A model generated the notes under the pieces. It ran no database searches, was not told where the DNA came from, and was given only the letters and a program-made list of their open reading frames with translations. A stretch of 64,000 nt of DNA. Source: Myxococcota bacterium. Lineage in GTDB: Bacteria; Myxococcota_A; UBA9160; JAFDDA01. The position numbers and the translations under genes were made by a program. Of this stretch, positions 52,414 to 61,462 are shown in pieces. The stretch is taken from positions 4,576,001-4,640,000 of the forward strand of contig OZ245817.1 of the NCBI GenBank assembly GCA_965228475.1, written 5' to 3'. The number at the start of each line of letters is the position of its first letter. Position 1 is the stretch's first letter.

Positions 52414-52994
52414 TGAGCGGCGAGGCGCGCGCCTGCGAGGAGTGCTCGCTCTGCTGCGTGGTCCTGCGCGTGGACGAGCTGGCGAAGCTCGGCGGAACAC
52501 CCTGCCCGGAGCTGCGCGCACCCGAAGCGGGCGGCGGGTGCGGCATCCACGCGCGGCGGCCGGGGATCTGCCGCGGCTACCGCTGCCTCTGGCTACAGGG
52601 CGGGCTCGAAGCGACGGACCGGCCGGACCGGCTCGGCGCGGTGCTCGATCTCCTCACGACGGGCGCCGAGACGCGGCTCGAGATCCGCGAAGCCGAGCCC
52701 GGCGCCTTCGAGTGCTCGCCCCGGCTTCAGGAAATCGCCGAGAAGTACCGCGCGGCCATGCCCGTTCGGATCCTCGACGTGGGCGACGTGCTCGACGCGA
52801 GCCGCCCCGAGCGCGTGCTCCTGCCGGGCGGGCGCGAGCGGCGCGTGGCGGGCGAGCGGGTGACGGAGCTCGAGGACGGGCGCGTCGTTGGCGAGCACCG
52901 CATCCCGTGGCTCGAGCGGACCCTCCGGCGGGTGCGCATCGCCTGGCAGCGACGGCGGTTCCGCGGCTACCGGGGCTCTCCCGAGGAGCGCTAG
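52413..52994 (+). CDS. YkgJ-like CxxCxxCC cysteine-cluster protein
   Basis: CEECSLCC, PCPEL, CGIHARRPGICRGYRCLW; TGATG overlap with amn. Confidence 0.8.
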   Translation: MSGEARACEECSLCCVVLRVDELAKLGGTPCPELRAPEAGGGCGIHARRPGICRGYRCLWLQGGLEATDRPDRLGAVLDLLTTGAETRLEIREAEPGAFECSPRLQEIAEKYRAAMPVRILDVGDVLDASRPERVLLPGGRERRVAGERVTELEDGRVVGEHRIPWLERTLRRVRIAWQRRRFRGYRGSPEER

Positions 52995-54724
52995 CGGGCT
53001 CGGTCGAGCACCCGGTAGCGCTCGCCGTCGATCAGGATGTCGCGGTGGGCCGGCTCGACCGCTTCGATGCGCCCTTCGCGCATGGCGTCGAAGAGTTCGA
53101 GGACACGCGGGGCGCGCGGTGCGTTCAGGCTTTCTCCGATGCGCTCGAAGCCTTCGTTCGTCTCCGCAAGCAGATGGAGCTGCGCCCAGTGCTCCGTGCC
53201 GATGGCGACGAGCCATTCGAGCGGGGGCTCGCCATCGTAGTCGAAGGGCGCCGCCTTGCAGAAGTTGTCGCCGCCACATCCGTGGCCGTGGCTCGCCTGG
53301 GCCATGTTGCGGATGGCAGCGTGGAGTCCTTCCGGCAAAGCCTTCTCCGTCAGGAACTCGAGCCCCTCGCTCCCGGGCCGCTCCTGGTTCCACTCCCAGT
53401 AGTTCGTGTGGAGCCGCGTGCGTTCCATCTGCGCGAGGATCTCGGCGTGCTCGGGGTGGCCGGTGAGACCGGCGAGCGCCTCGAAGCGCTCCGCACCCAC
53501 CTGGCCGAGCTGGAAGTAGAGCGTGCCGTAGTCGAACTCGGCGGCGCTGGCGCGGCCCTCGGCGAGGCGCGCGAACTGGCTGCGCGCGCTCAGCCCGAGC
53601 GGGTCGAGCCACGGCGTATGGGTCAGGAGGCCGAGCGCCACCGCGAGCAGCGCCACGAACAGGTTCACCGCACGGATCGCGCGCAGCCACGGCGTGCCGC
53701 GGCGGAGGACCGCCCCCGCGTAGCCGAAGGCGTAGGCCCCGAGCACGATCGTCGCGAGGGCCATCCACACCCGCTGGGGCGTGAGCCCGTATTGCCCGAT
53801 GCGCGCAGAGATGCCGTAGGCCGCGATCGCCGCGAAGACCGCCATGGCCAGGAGCGCCGCCTCGACGAGCCAGCGCATCGGCCCGGGCAGCCCGCCCTCG
53901 CGCTCGGAGCCGTCCTGATAGACCGCATTCAAGAAGAGCACCGTGAGCGCGACCCAGGTGAGCAGGAGCTGCGAGGCGTGGTTCGTATCCCAGAGCACGT
54001 CGAGCCCCGTGAAGGGGAGCACGGCCAGGAAGATCAGCGCGACGAAGGCCACGAGCGGCAGGAGCCCGCGGAAGACCGCGAGCGTGATGCCCCGCAGCGT
54101 CGAGACCACGCGCTCGCTCTCGCGCCCGAGCGCCACGCCGAAGCCGGCGGCCGCGCCCGTCACCACGGAGATGAAGCACGCCTTGCCGAACAGATCGCCG
54201 AAGAAATCGATGCCGACCAGCTCGAAGAGCGCGGCCCAGAGGAAGAGCACCGTCCAGAGCGCCGCGACGAACAGCGCGCCCACGAGGGCGACGAAGAAGT
54301 TGTTCCAGCCGTGGAGGAAGAGATCCTCGTAGGGGAAGTGCAGCCGCCCCGTGCGCTGGAAGATCTGGAGGAAGGGCCCGAGCACGTAGAGCGTCACGAG
54401 CGCTGCGATCACCCAGGTGGCGACGCGCTGCTGATCCTGCCGGTGGATCTCGAACTCGACGGGCACCACCCAGCCGACCCACCCGGCCGTCGCGGCGTAG
54501 ACGAGCCCCGTCCCGACCGCGAGCGCGACGAGCCGCCCGCGCGAAGCCCCGGACCAGACGAAGTGGAAGACCAGGCTCGAAACGGCAAGAAAGGAGAGAA
54601 GCGCGGCCGCGCCGGCGCGCGCCGCATGCTCGTCGGGCCAGGCCTCGGCCAGGACCCAGATGGCGAGGCCCTGCAGGCCGCCGGTGACGGCTAGCCACAG
54701 TCTGTCGCGCACGTCCTCGGGCAT
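52991..54724 (-). CDS. DUF4153 family membrane protein
   Basis: Many TM; LWTVLFLWAALFELVGI, RIGQYGLTPQR, DPLGLSARSQ. Confidence 0.8.
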   Translation of the reverse strand: MPEDVRDRLWLAVTGGLQGLAIWVLAEAWPDEHAARAGAAALLSFLAVSSLVFHFVWSGASRGRLVALAVGTGLVYAATAGWVGWVVPVEFEIHRQDQQRVATWVIAALVTLYVLGPFLQIFQRTGRLHFPYEDLFLHGWNNFFVALVGALFVAALWTVLFLWAALFELVGIDFFGDLFGKACFISVVTGAAAGFGVALGRESERVVSTLRGITLAVFRGLLPLVAFVALIFLAVLPFTGLDVLWDTNHASQLLLTWVALTVLFLNAVYQDGSEREGGLPGPMRWLVEAALLAMAVFAAIAAYGISARIGQYGLTPQRVWMALATIVLGAYAFGYAGAVLRRGTPWLRAIRAVNLFVALLAVALGLLTHTPWLDPLGLSARSQFARLAEGRASAAEFDYGTLYFQLGQVGAERFEALAGLTGHPEHAEILAQMERTRLHTNYWEWNQERPGSEGLEFLTEKALPEGLHAAIRNMAQASHGHGCGGDNFCKAAPFDYDGEPPLEWLVAIGTEHWAQLHLLAETNEGFERIGESLNAPRAPRVLELFDAMREGRIEAVEPAHRDILIDGERYRVLDRAR

Positions 54725-54736
54725 CCGTCTTGGATG

Positions 54737-55927
54737 CTACGCAATTCGGGAGATCGCGACGATGACCCACGCGACTCCGACGAGATGGAGACCTCCGAGA
54801 AGGAAGGCACTCACACCCACCCACTTCGGAGTGACCGCCATCGCGAGCTGCCCCGGGCGGATCAACGGCAATGCGATCAGGGCTCCAGACAAGAATCCGG
54901 CCAGGTGACCTGCAGTAGCGGCGTTCTCGATCACCCAATCCGTCATGGCAGCAAAGACGAGCACGTAGGCAAACATCCGCCACGGCAATCGCAAGGTGGC
55001 CGGGAGCTCTCGCCGGCGGAACACGTTGATCGACAGGAACGAGCCCATTGCGCCGAACACCGCCGCCGAAGCGCCCACAGCCGGCTGATCGGGATGGAGG
55101 AACGCCCAGCAGGACGCACCGACCAGCGAAGAGAACCCGAGGACGACGAGAAATCGTCGACTTCCGACTGCGTTCTCCAGCAGCATGCCGAGGGAGACCA
55201 GGGCGAAGAGGTTCCCCGCCAGATGGAGCGTCCCGACATGCAAGAGAACTCCGCTGAACAGCCGGACCCACTGACCCGCGGCGACTTCGTTCCCGATCAC
55301 GGATCCGAGCGGATCGAGAGCCCCCGCGTCTTCGAACCCACCTGAAAACCACATGGCCAAACCGATTCCCAGCAGAACGGAGGCGAGACAGAGGGTCACC
55401 AGCGGCGGGCTCGCTAGAGATCGGTCTGCGATCGTCGCTCGGTCCTCGAGAGACTCGGTCCAGCCGCCGGGAAGCCGTCGACGCACTTCCCGGTAGAACT
55501 CGCCCGCCCGTTCGACGGACCCGAACTGTCTGAAAGCGACTGCGATCGGCGCTCTCCCCGCTACCCCGATGCGAACCACGCGAGGCAACCGGTCGTGCCA
55601 CTCCAGACTGAAGATCTCGCCGAAAGGAACGATTCCCGTAACCCTCGACGCCGGATCTCGGAAGACGATTCCATCGCCATCGACGGCTACGCTCGACCCG
55701 TCCTGAAGCAGCCGCCGGATCTGACGGAGGGAGGCCCATCCGTTGACGATCGCCGCGGCGAGGTGGAGTAGTGCCCACACGAGGACGCGATCGGGATCGG
55801 CGAAGACTCCGATCGCCGTGACCGCCTGCCCCCCCATGCCGGCCGTAGCCGCCTCGATCTCGTAGCCGACGATCGACCCGTGCTTGAGTCGCCAGATCCC
55901 CCCTCCACTTCCAGCCGGGTCACTCAC
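54737..55927 (-). CDS. Rhomboid intramembrane serine protease with N-terminal extension
   Basis: QWVRLFS, LHVGTLHLAGN, VGASAA (catalytic Ser), GHLAGF (catalytic His); GTG start overlaps RHS stop (GTGA). Confidence 0.88.
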   Translation of the reverse strand: MSDPAGSGGGIWRLKHGSIVGYEIEAATAGMGGQAVTAIGVFADPDRVLVWALLHLAAAIVNGWASLRQIRRLLQDGSSVAVDGDGIVFRDPASRVTGIVPFGEIFSLEWHDRLPRVVRIGVAGRAPIAVAFRQFGSVERAGEFYREVRRRLPGGWTESLEDRATIADRSLASPPLVTLCLASVLLGIGLAMWFSGGFEDAGALDPLGSVIGNEVAAGQWVRLFSGVLLHVGTLHLAGNLFALVSLGMLLENAVGSRRFLVVLGFSSLVGASCWAFLHPDQPAVGASAAVFGAMGSFLSINVFRRRELPATLRLPWRMFAYVLVFAAMTDWVIENAATAGHLAGFLSGALIALPLIRPGQLAMAVTPKWVGVSAFLLGGLHLVGVAWVIVAISRIA

Positions 55928-58900
55928 TGGGACTCCGACCCCTTCGGACGTTGCCGCGACCTGCTCCGAGCAATCAGGATTGCAAGCAACAGCTGAAGCG
56001 GAAGCAACGTGGCAACGCTCTTCCATCCGGCCGGGACCCGGGTGATGGACTGAGGCGAACAGAACGCACCGGCCATGCCTGCGATCACCGCTGCGCTGAA
56101 GAAGGCGATGCTGACGCCGCTTAGCGTACTCGCCACGAGGAGAGCCCCGTACAAGCCGAGTCCCCAGCCCAACGCACCGAACCCGAAAGAGAAAGCAGTG
56201 AGAACTGCTGCGGCCCTCTCGGCGCTCCGGTCCGGATTCGTCCCCTCCGGATCCGAGAACCACACCGGGTTTCCCAGCGTGTAGGAGAACTGGTTCACGA
56301 GCTGGAAGATCGGGTCCGGGGAGAGGAAGCGGCCGGCGGCGGGGTCGTAGATGCGTTCGCCGAGGATCATGAGATCGCCGAACTCGGCGCGGCCGACGAA
56401 ACGGATCGGGTCGTCGCTGGCTCCGTGCACCGCGGCAACGCCGTAGCCGTCGTACTCGTAGTGGCTGCGGACCACTCCGGCGTGGTCCGTGGTGAACTTG
56501 ACGTTCCCCCGGAAGTCGAAGTGGCGGTACTGGTGCTGGCCGGTGATCAGGTCGATGCGAACGTCGCCGAGGTCCATGCTGACGGGAAGGCCGTAGGCGT
56601 CGGCCTGGACCGCTCCGCCGAAGCGGCGCTGCAGCGTGACGCCCGCCACGGTCGAGGAGACGAGCCGCCCGGTCATGTCCCAGGCGAGTTCGTCCAGACC
56701 GTGGGAAGCAAGGCGGCCGTGCGCCGTCCAGGTGATCGGGATGCCGCCGCGTTCGGTCACGAAGCCGGCTTCGTCGTACTGGTAGCTCCCGACACCTTCG
56801 GCATGGACCAGGCGGTTGCCTTCGGCGTTGTACGCCAGCGGGCCGCGCGGACTCTCGAGCAGGTTCGACTTGGCATCCAGGAAGTAGTTCCCGATGCTTC
56901 CGATCCCAGCGAGTTGGGGACCCGCCGCATTGGGACCTGGAGACGGTGCGAGGTAGTAGGCTTCCTCGGTCGCCACCTCGACGCCTCCGAAGGTCTGGGT
57001 CGTCGCCCCGACGAAGTCGAGCCCGAAGCCGATCCGGGTCAGGACCGTCGATTCGACGACGTCGCCGCCGGCATCGCGGGTCGAAGCCGAATCGAGGCCG
57101 CCGATGTCCGGCTGGTAGTCGAACTCGCGCGTGAGCCCGTTCCCGTAGCGGATCTCCGCGATTCGACCTTCCTCGTACCGACGCTCGACCAGCACCGAGC
57201 CTCCCTCGCGGATCTCGACCTCGCGGCCGGCGCCATCGTACGCACGGGTGACGTCCGCGACGACCTGGAAATCCGCCTCGACGTGGACTTCGCTCGTTCG
57301 GCGCGACCGCAGGTCGTGGCCGAAGACCGTGAAGGACCCGTCGCCGTGGGTGACGGCGCTCGTGCGCCCGGCGGCGTCGTAGGCGAACTGCTCCACCCTG
57401 CCTCCCATCGTGTCGTCGCTCGAGACGAGGAGACCGCCCTGCCAGGTCAGCGTCTGCGTTCCTTCGAGCGCACCGTCCCGCAGGGCTCTCACGAGGACCG
57501 GGCGTCCGTCGTCGTCGTAGACGGTCTCACGGCGCATCCCGTTCGGACGTTCCACGGCGGTCTCCCGCCCCATCGCGTCGTGGGTGAAGACGGTCGAGTG
57601 CCAGGAACCATCAGCGAACTCTCGGCGCTCGATCAGACGGCCGAAGGCGTCGTAGATCATCTCGTGATCGTCACCCGCATCGCGTGTGATGGCGGTCTGC
57701 TGACCGTCGGCCCGGACGTCGATCGCGATCACTCCGGTCTTCAGCTGCAGGGACCGGAGGTTGCGGTCGGCGTCGTAGCTACGAGTGACGACACCGCCCA
57801 CCTCCGGGCCACTCCCCCCGGTGCCACGGACGAGGTTCCCGACCTCGTCCCATTCGCTCTCGAGATCGAAGCCGTCGATCGTTACCACCGAGGCGTGGCC
57901 GTGCTCGCCGTAGTCCGAGTAGCTCGCCATGACACCGTCCGGGTCGGTCCGACTCGCGAGGTTCCCGTCGGCGTCGTAGGTGAAGGTCGTCGTCTCACCC
58001 GCTCCGTTCGCCCGGCTCGAGAGCCGCCCGGCTGCATCGTAGGTGCGGAGCTCCAAGAGACCCAACGCATCCAACGCCTGGAGCAACGGGCGGCGGTTCG
58101 GATCCTCGCGGTTCGCTGCGGTCGGTGCGTAGGTGTACTGGATCACGTTCCCCGAGGGCTCGGTCTCGGCTCGGACGTCGTCGTCGATCCACGTCCATGT
58201 GCGGACGGACCCATCGGGTTCGATACGCTGCACCGGCCGAACGCCGCTCCAGGCGATCTGCGTCCGGTCACCCGATCCGACGAGCAGGAGCTCCACCAAG
58301 CGCCGGCTCTCATCGAACGCGAAGCGCCGCTCCCCGCCGACGGCCGGGAAGTAGCGCGTGTGGTAGAGGCCGTCGCTCTTGCCCTGATACGAGAAGGTGT
58401 GGACGGCGTCGGGTGTCCCGACGAGCCGGACCTCGGTGACGCGGCCACCGGCCACGGCGATCTCCGTTCGCTCGCCGTCCGAGGTGGTCATGGCGGCGAG
58501 CTGGCCGCCCGCATATTCATAGGTGAAGCCGGGGCGCGACTCCGCGACATCGAGCCCATCGCGAGCGTTCACGAGTCGGTCTGCCGCGTTCCAGGCGAAT
58601 GCGGCCTGGCGCCCCGTCCGGTCGGTGACGGCGACCAGCCGTGCCGACGCGTCGTAGCCCAGATCGAAGAACGTCGAGCAGCTCGCGGGCGCCGAGCACT
58701 GATCGATGCGAAGGATGCGCGTCGTCCCGCCGACCCCGCCCGACACGTAGTGGAGTCGCGGATAGCTCGCGTCCGACCAATGCTCCGTTTCGAGCCGGCC
58801 GGCGGCATCGAACGTCCAGACGACTCCCCCCTTCGTTCGAATCCGGTTGGCGTCGAGCTTCACCCAATGCGTCCCCGGGATCGCGGCGCCGTCGGAGAGC

Positions 58901-59256
58901 GAGGAGACGTCGTGCGTGGCGCCCGAGGGGTCGAGAAAGCTCACGCCGTCGTAGCGAACGTCGAAGTTCCAGAGCCATGCCGCCGCGGCGGCGTCGTAGA
59001 CGGCGGCGATCTCCCGCGTTCCCAGGCGGGTGTCGATCGCCAGATCGACGCGGCGGATCGAGAGGTTCCCGCCGATCGTGTTCACCCGCATCAGCCCGAC
59101 TTCAACGATGGCGTCCTCCTGATATTCGTAGACACCGGCTCGCGGCGTCAGCGCGGGGTTGGGCGGCGGGCAACCGAGCATGGGAAGACAGAGAGCCTGA
59201 AGGATCGCCAGGGCCCGAACCTTCACCGAGTGGGTAGTCGTGCGCGTTCGATGCAT
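55924..59256 (-). CDS. RHS/YD-repeat protein with lipoprotein-like signal and hydrophobic C-terminal tip
   Basis: Numerous YD repeats (YDAAGRL, YDADGNL, YDAFGRL); core RIYDPAAGRFLSPDP..YTLGNPVWFSDPEG; N-terminal LCLPMLGC. Confidence 0.92.
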   Translation of the reverse strand: MHRTRTTTHSVKVRALAILQALCLPMLGCPPPNPALTPRAGVYEYQEDAIVEVGLMRVNTIGGNLSIRRVDLAIDTRLGTREIAAVYDAAAAAWLWNFDVRYDGVSFLDPSGATHDVSSLSDGAAIPGTHWVKLDANRIRTKGGVVWTFDAAGRLETEHWSDASYPRLHYVSGGVGGTTRILRIDQCSAPASCSTFFDLGYDASARLVAVTDRTGRQAAFAWNAADRLVNARDGLDVAESRPGFTYEYAGGQLAAMTTSDGERTEIAVAGGRVTEVRLVGTPDAVHTFSYQGKSDGLYHTRYFPAVGGERRFAFDESRRLVELLLVGSGDRTQIAWSGVRPVQRIEPDGSVRTWTWIDDDVRAETEPSGNVIQYTYAPTAANREDPNRRPLLQALDALGLLELRTYDAAGRLSSRANGAGETTTFTYDADGNLASRTDPDGVMASYSDYGEHGHASVVTIDGFDLESEWDEVGNLVRGTGGSGPEVGGVVTRSYDADRNLRSLQLKTGVIAIDVRADGQQTAITRDAGDDHEMIYDAFGRLIERREFADGSWHSTVFTHDAMGRETAVERPNGMRRETVYDDDGRPVLVRALRDGALEGTQTLTWQGGLLVSSDDTMGGRVEQFAYDAAGRTSAVTHGDGSFTVFGHDLRSRRTSEVHVEADFQVVADVTRAYDGAGREVEIREGGSVLVERRYEEGRIAEIRYGNGLTREFDYQPDIGGLDSASTRDAGGDVVESTVLTRIGFGLDFVGATTQTFGGVEVATEEAYYLAPSPGPNAAGPQLAGIGSIGNYFLDAKSNLLESPRGPLAYNAEGNRLVHAEGVGSYQYDEAGFVTERGGIPITWTAHGRLASHGLDELAWDMTGRLVSSTVAGVTLQRRFGGAVQADAYGLPVSMDLGDVRIDLITGQHQYRHFDFRGNVKFTTDHAGVVRSHYEYDGYGVAAVHGASDDPIRFVGRAEFGDLMILGERIYDPAAGRFLSPDPIFQLVNQFSYTLGNPVWFSDPEGTNPDRSAERAAAVLTAFSFGFGALGWGLGLYGALLVASTLSGVSIAFFSAAVIAGMAGAFCSPQSITRVPAGWKSVATLLPLQLLLAILIARSRSRQRPKGSESQ

Positions 59257-60112
59257 GGAGGATGCTCCGAGGGGACCGCGCGGGGTGGGAAAGAAAGGGT
59301 TCTGGCGAAGCCTTGCGCCGGGACAGCGCCGTCTGCGCGACGTGCAGGACGGACCAGAAGAGGTAGACAGCGGGCCCGAACACGAGGATCCGGAGCTCCT
59401 CGACGCGCGGCCCGGCCGCGAGAAGAGCCAGACCGACGGCGACGGGAACGGCGTGGGCGATGAAGAGCCTGCGCGCCGCCGTGCGCCCTCCTGCGGCATC
59501 GCCGGATCGCATTCTTGCCGTGGCTCTGCGAACCGAGAAGACCAGCCAGACGGCGACGTGGTACCCGGTCAGGACGGCGAAGGTATCGACGAAGGAGGGG
59601 CCAACGAACGGCATCGCGAGATCCGGGTAGACCGCCCTCACCTCTGGAGAGGAAACGGCCAGGAACGTGATCCCCGACGCACCCACGACGGCGATGCGAT
59701 GGCCCCGACGGTTCGCGGCGATCGGGGGCAGGCCTCCGATGGCCCCGCTCGACCGCTGAGACAGCTCGTTCTCGAGCACGTGCCAGTTCGAAACGGTGAG
59801 CAGCCCGAGTACCGGAAGCGGCGAAGCCAGGGCCGCCTGCCCGAATGCCTCCACCCCGGCCCCGTAGAACCCGAACACCACGGCGATGGAGGTCCAGACG
59901 AATGCCGTCCACAGGGCCCGCGGCGCACCTCCCGGGCGGGGGAAGACGGGCGGGGCGAACCATGCGGCGCCAAGAAGATGGCCGTAGCCGACCAACGTGA
60001 TGCAGAAGTAGACGTTCTCGGCGCGGCGAGGTGCATCCGGCCACAGGACGTGGGAGGCGGCCACGAAGGCGACGGGAACCGCCAACGCCAGGGCGCGATC
60101 AAACGATGCCAT
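59102..60112 (-). CDS. Uncharacterised polytopic membrane protein with TM histidines
   Basis: About 7-8 TM; GYGH, NWHVLEN, GYH..W, IAH, VLH; start overlaps the CPBP gene 3' end. Confidence 0.7.
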   Translation of the reverse strand: MASFDRALALAVPVAFVAASHVLWPDAPRRAENVYFCITLVGYGHLLGAAWFAPPVFPRPGGAPRALWTAFVWTSIAVVFGFYGAGVEAFGQAALASPLPVLGLLTVSNWHVLENELSQRSSGAIGGLPPIAANRRGHRIAVVGASGITFLAVSSPEVRAVYPDLAMPFVGPSFVDTFAVLTGYHVAVWLVFSVRRATARMRSGDAAGGRTAARRLFIAHAVPVAVGLALLAAGPRVEELRILVFGPAVYLFWSVLHVAQTALSRRKASPEPFLSHPARSPRSILHASNAHDYPLGEGSGPGDPSGSLSSHARLPAAQPRADAASRCLRISGGRHR

Positions 60113-60785
60113 GGAGGCGACCCTCCCCGCCGCGCTCCCATCGTGCGATCCGAGCGCCCTGCCATGCGAGCGACGCCGACCCGAGAACCAGGGATGGCGC
60201 GACCATGGCCTCGATCCCGACCAGAGCGGCCGCGTTGAGCCCCGCGTGGGCTGCCATGCAGAAGGCGACGCTCCGGGTGAACTCGTACGCGGCCGCGAGC
60301 CCGACGCCCACGAAGGCGGTGCCGAGCACGGGCCACGGCTCGCCGTGGGGAAGCGCGAAGAGGAGGGCGCTCGCGAGCAGGCGGAGAGGTAGCCCCCATC
60401 GCAACCCCCGCAGGGCTTCGAGGAGCCGTTCCCGGTAGAGGAGTTCTTCGAAGGCCGGCGCCAGGACGAGAACGGCGACGACCGTCGAAAAAGCAGGCGT
60501 CGCCGTCGGCGGCTCGAACGGCTCGAAGCCCATCGCTTCGCCAACCGCCGCGATCACGACCCCCCACCCGGCGTAGCCTGCTCCGCCGACGCAGAAGCCG
60601 GCCGCGACGGTCGACGGTCTCGGGAACATCATCGGTGCATCGCGTTCGAGCATCACGGCGCCGAGGATCAGCGCGAAGGCCGCCGCCGTCGCCGCGTCCC
60701 GGCCCTGCTCCGCGAGCATCGAGGTGACGGCCCACGGCACGGTCCACACGAGCAGGATCAGCGAGAGGAGACGGACCACGTCCAT
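60099..60785 (-). CDS. CPBP (CAAX protease type II/Abi) glutamic intramembrane protease
   Basis: APAFEELLYR, LFALPH, AHAGLN motifs. Confidence 0.88.
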   Translation of the reverse strand: MDVVRLLSLILLVWTVPWAVTSMLAEQGRDAATAAAFALILGAVMLERDAPMMFPRPSTVAAGFCVGGAGYAGWGVVIAAVGEAMGFEPFEPPTATPAFSTVVAVLVLAPAFEELLYRERLLEALRGLRWGLPLRLLASALLFALPHGEPWPVLGTAFVGVGLAAAYEFTRSVAFCMAAHAGLNAAALVGIEAMVAPSLVLGSASLAWQGARIARWERGGEGRLHGIV

Positions 60786-61462
60786 CCCCCACTGTGCCGG
60801 CACGACAGAACGATCCCTGCGACGACCCAGCCCGCAGCGGGAATCGCGGCGGAGACGGCCGGCGCCCCGAACGGCGGAATCGGCCGAAGCGGCTCGCTCG
60901 CGAGGCGGATGGCGCCGAGCCCGAAGAGAACGAGAGGGAGAAGCAAAGACGGGGCGACGTGTCGAAGAAGCGCATCGAGGCCCGCCGCCCCGGCGATCTC
61001 GACCGCCGCGGCCGAGACAAGATCCCCGGGGCGATGGCAACATCCCGCCACGAGACATCCCAGACGAGCGGTGGCAAAGGCGAGCGGAAGCGCGCCGAGG
61101 GCCGCCGCCGCGTACCGGCCCTGGAGTCCTCCCGTCCCCGCGACGCTCACCAGTACGCCGAGAGGGAGGAACACGATGGAGAACCCGGCGAGCGCTTCGG
61201 ACTCGAAAGCCCCGAGGTGGAGCGCGCGCCATCCGAGGTGCGCCGCGCACACGCCGAGCGCGAGGCCGGCGAAGAAGCGAGGCCCCTCCCCCGCCTCGCC
61301 GCCGCGCTCGAAGAAGCGCACGACCGCGACGGCGGACGCGCCCTGCCACAGCAAGAGCTGCATCATCCCGGCCTCGAAGAAGTCGAGCCGGGCGAAGACC
61401 CCGGCCAGAAGCACCAGGAGCCATGCCCGTGAGATTCGCAGCGAGGAAGTGCGTGCCCGCAT
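60758..61462 (-). CDS. Divergent prolipoprotein diacylglyceryl transferase (Lgt)-like protein (start may be 61366)
   Basis: ARLGCLVAGCCH (cf. GRxGCFxxGCC of Lgt-like proteins), RLASEPLR (cf. RFxxEFxR); multi-TM. Confidence 0.7.
   Translation of the reverse strand: MRARTSSLRISRAWLLVLLAGVFARLDFFEAGMMQLLLWQGASAVAVVRFFERGGEAGEGPRFFAGLALGVCAAHLGWRALHLGAFESEALAGFSIVFLPLGVLVSVAGTGGLQGRYAAAALGALPLAFATARLGCLVAGCCHRPGDLVSAAAVEIAGAAGLDALLRHVAPSLLLPLVLFGLGAIRLASEPLRPIPPFGAPAVSAAIPAAGWVVAGIVLSCRHSGGWTWSVSSR

Noticed and set aside
55924..59256. T6SS-delivered RHS effector
   Set aside because: No PAAR/VgrG/EagR domain or gene seen; N-terminus looks like a lipoprotein signal
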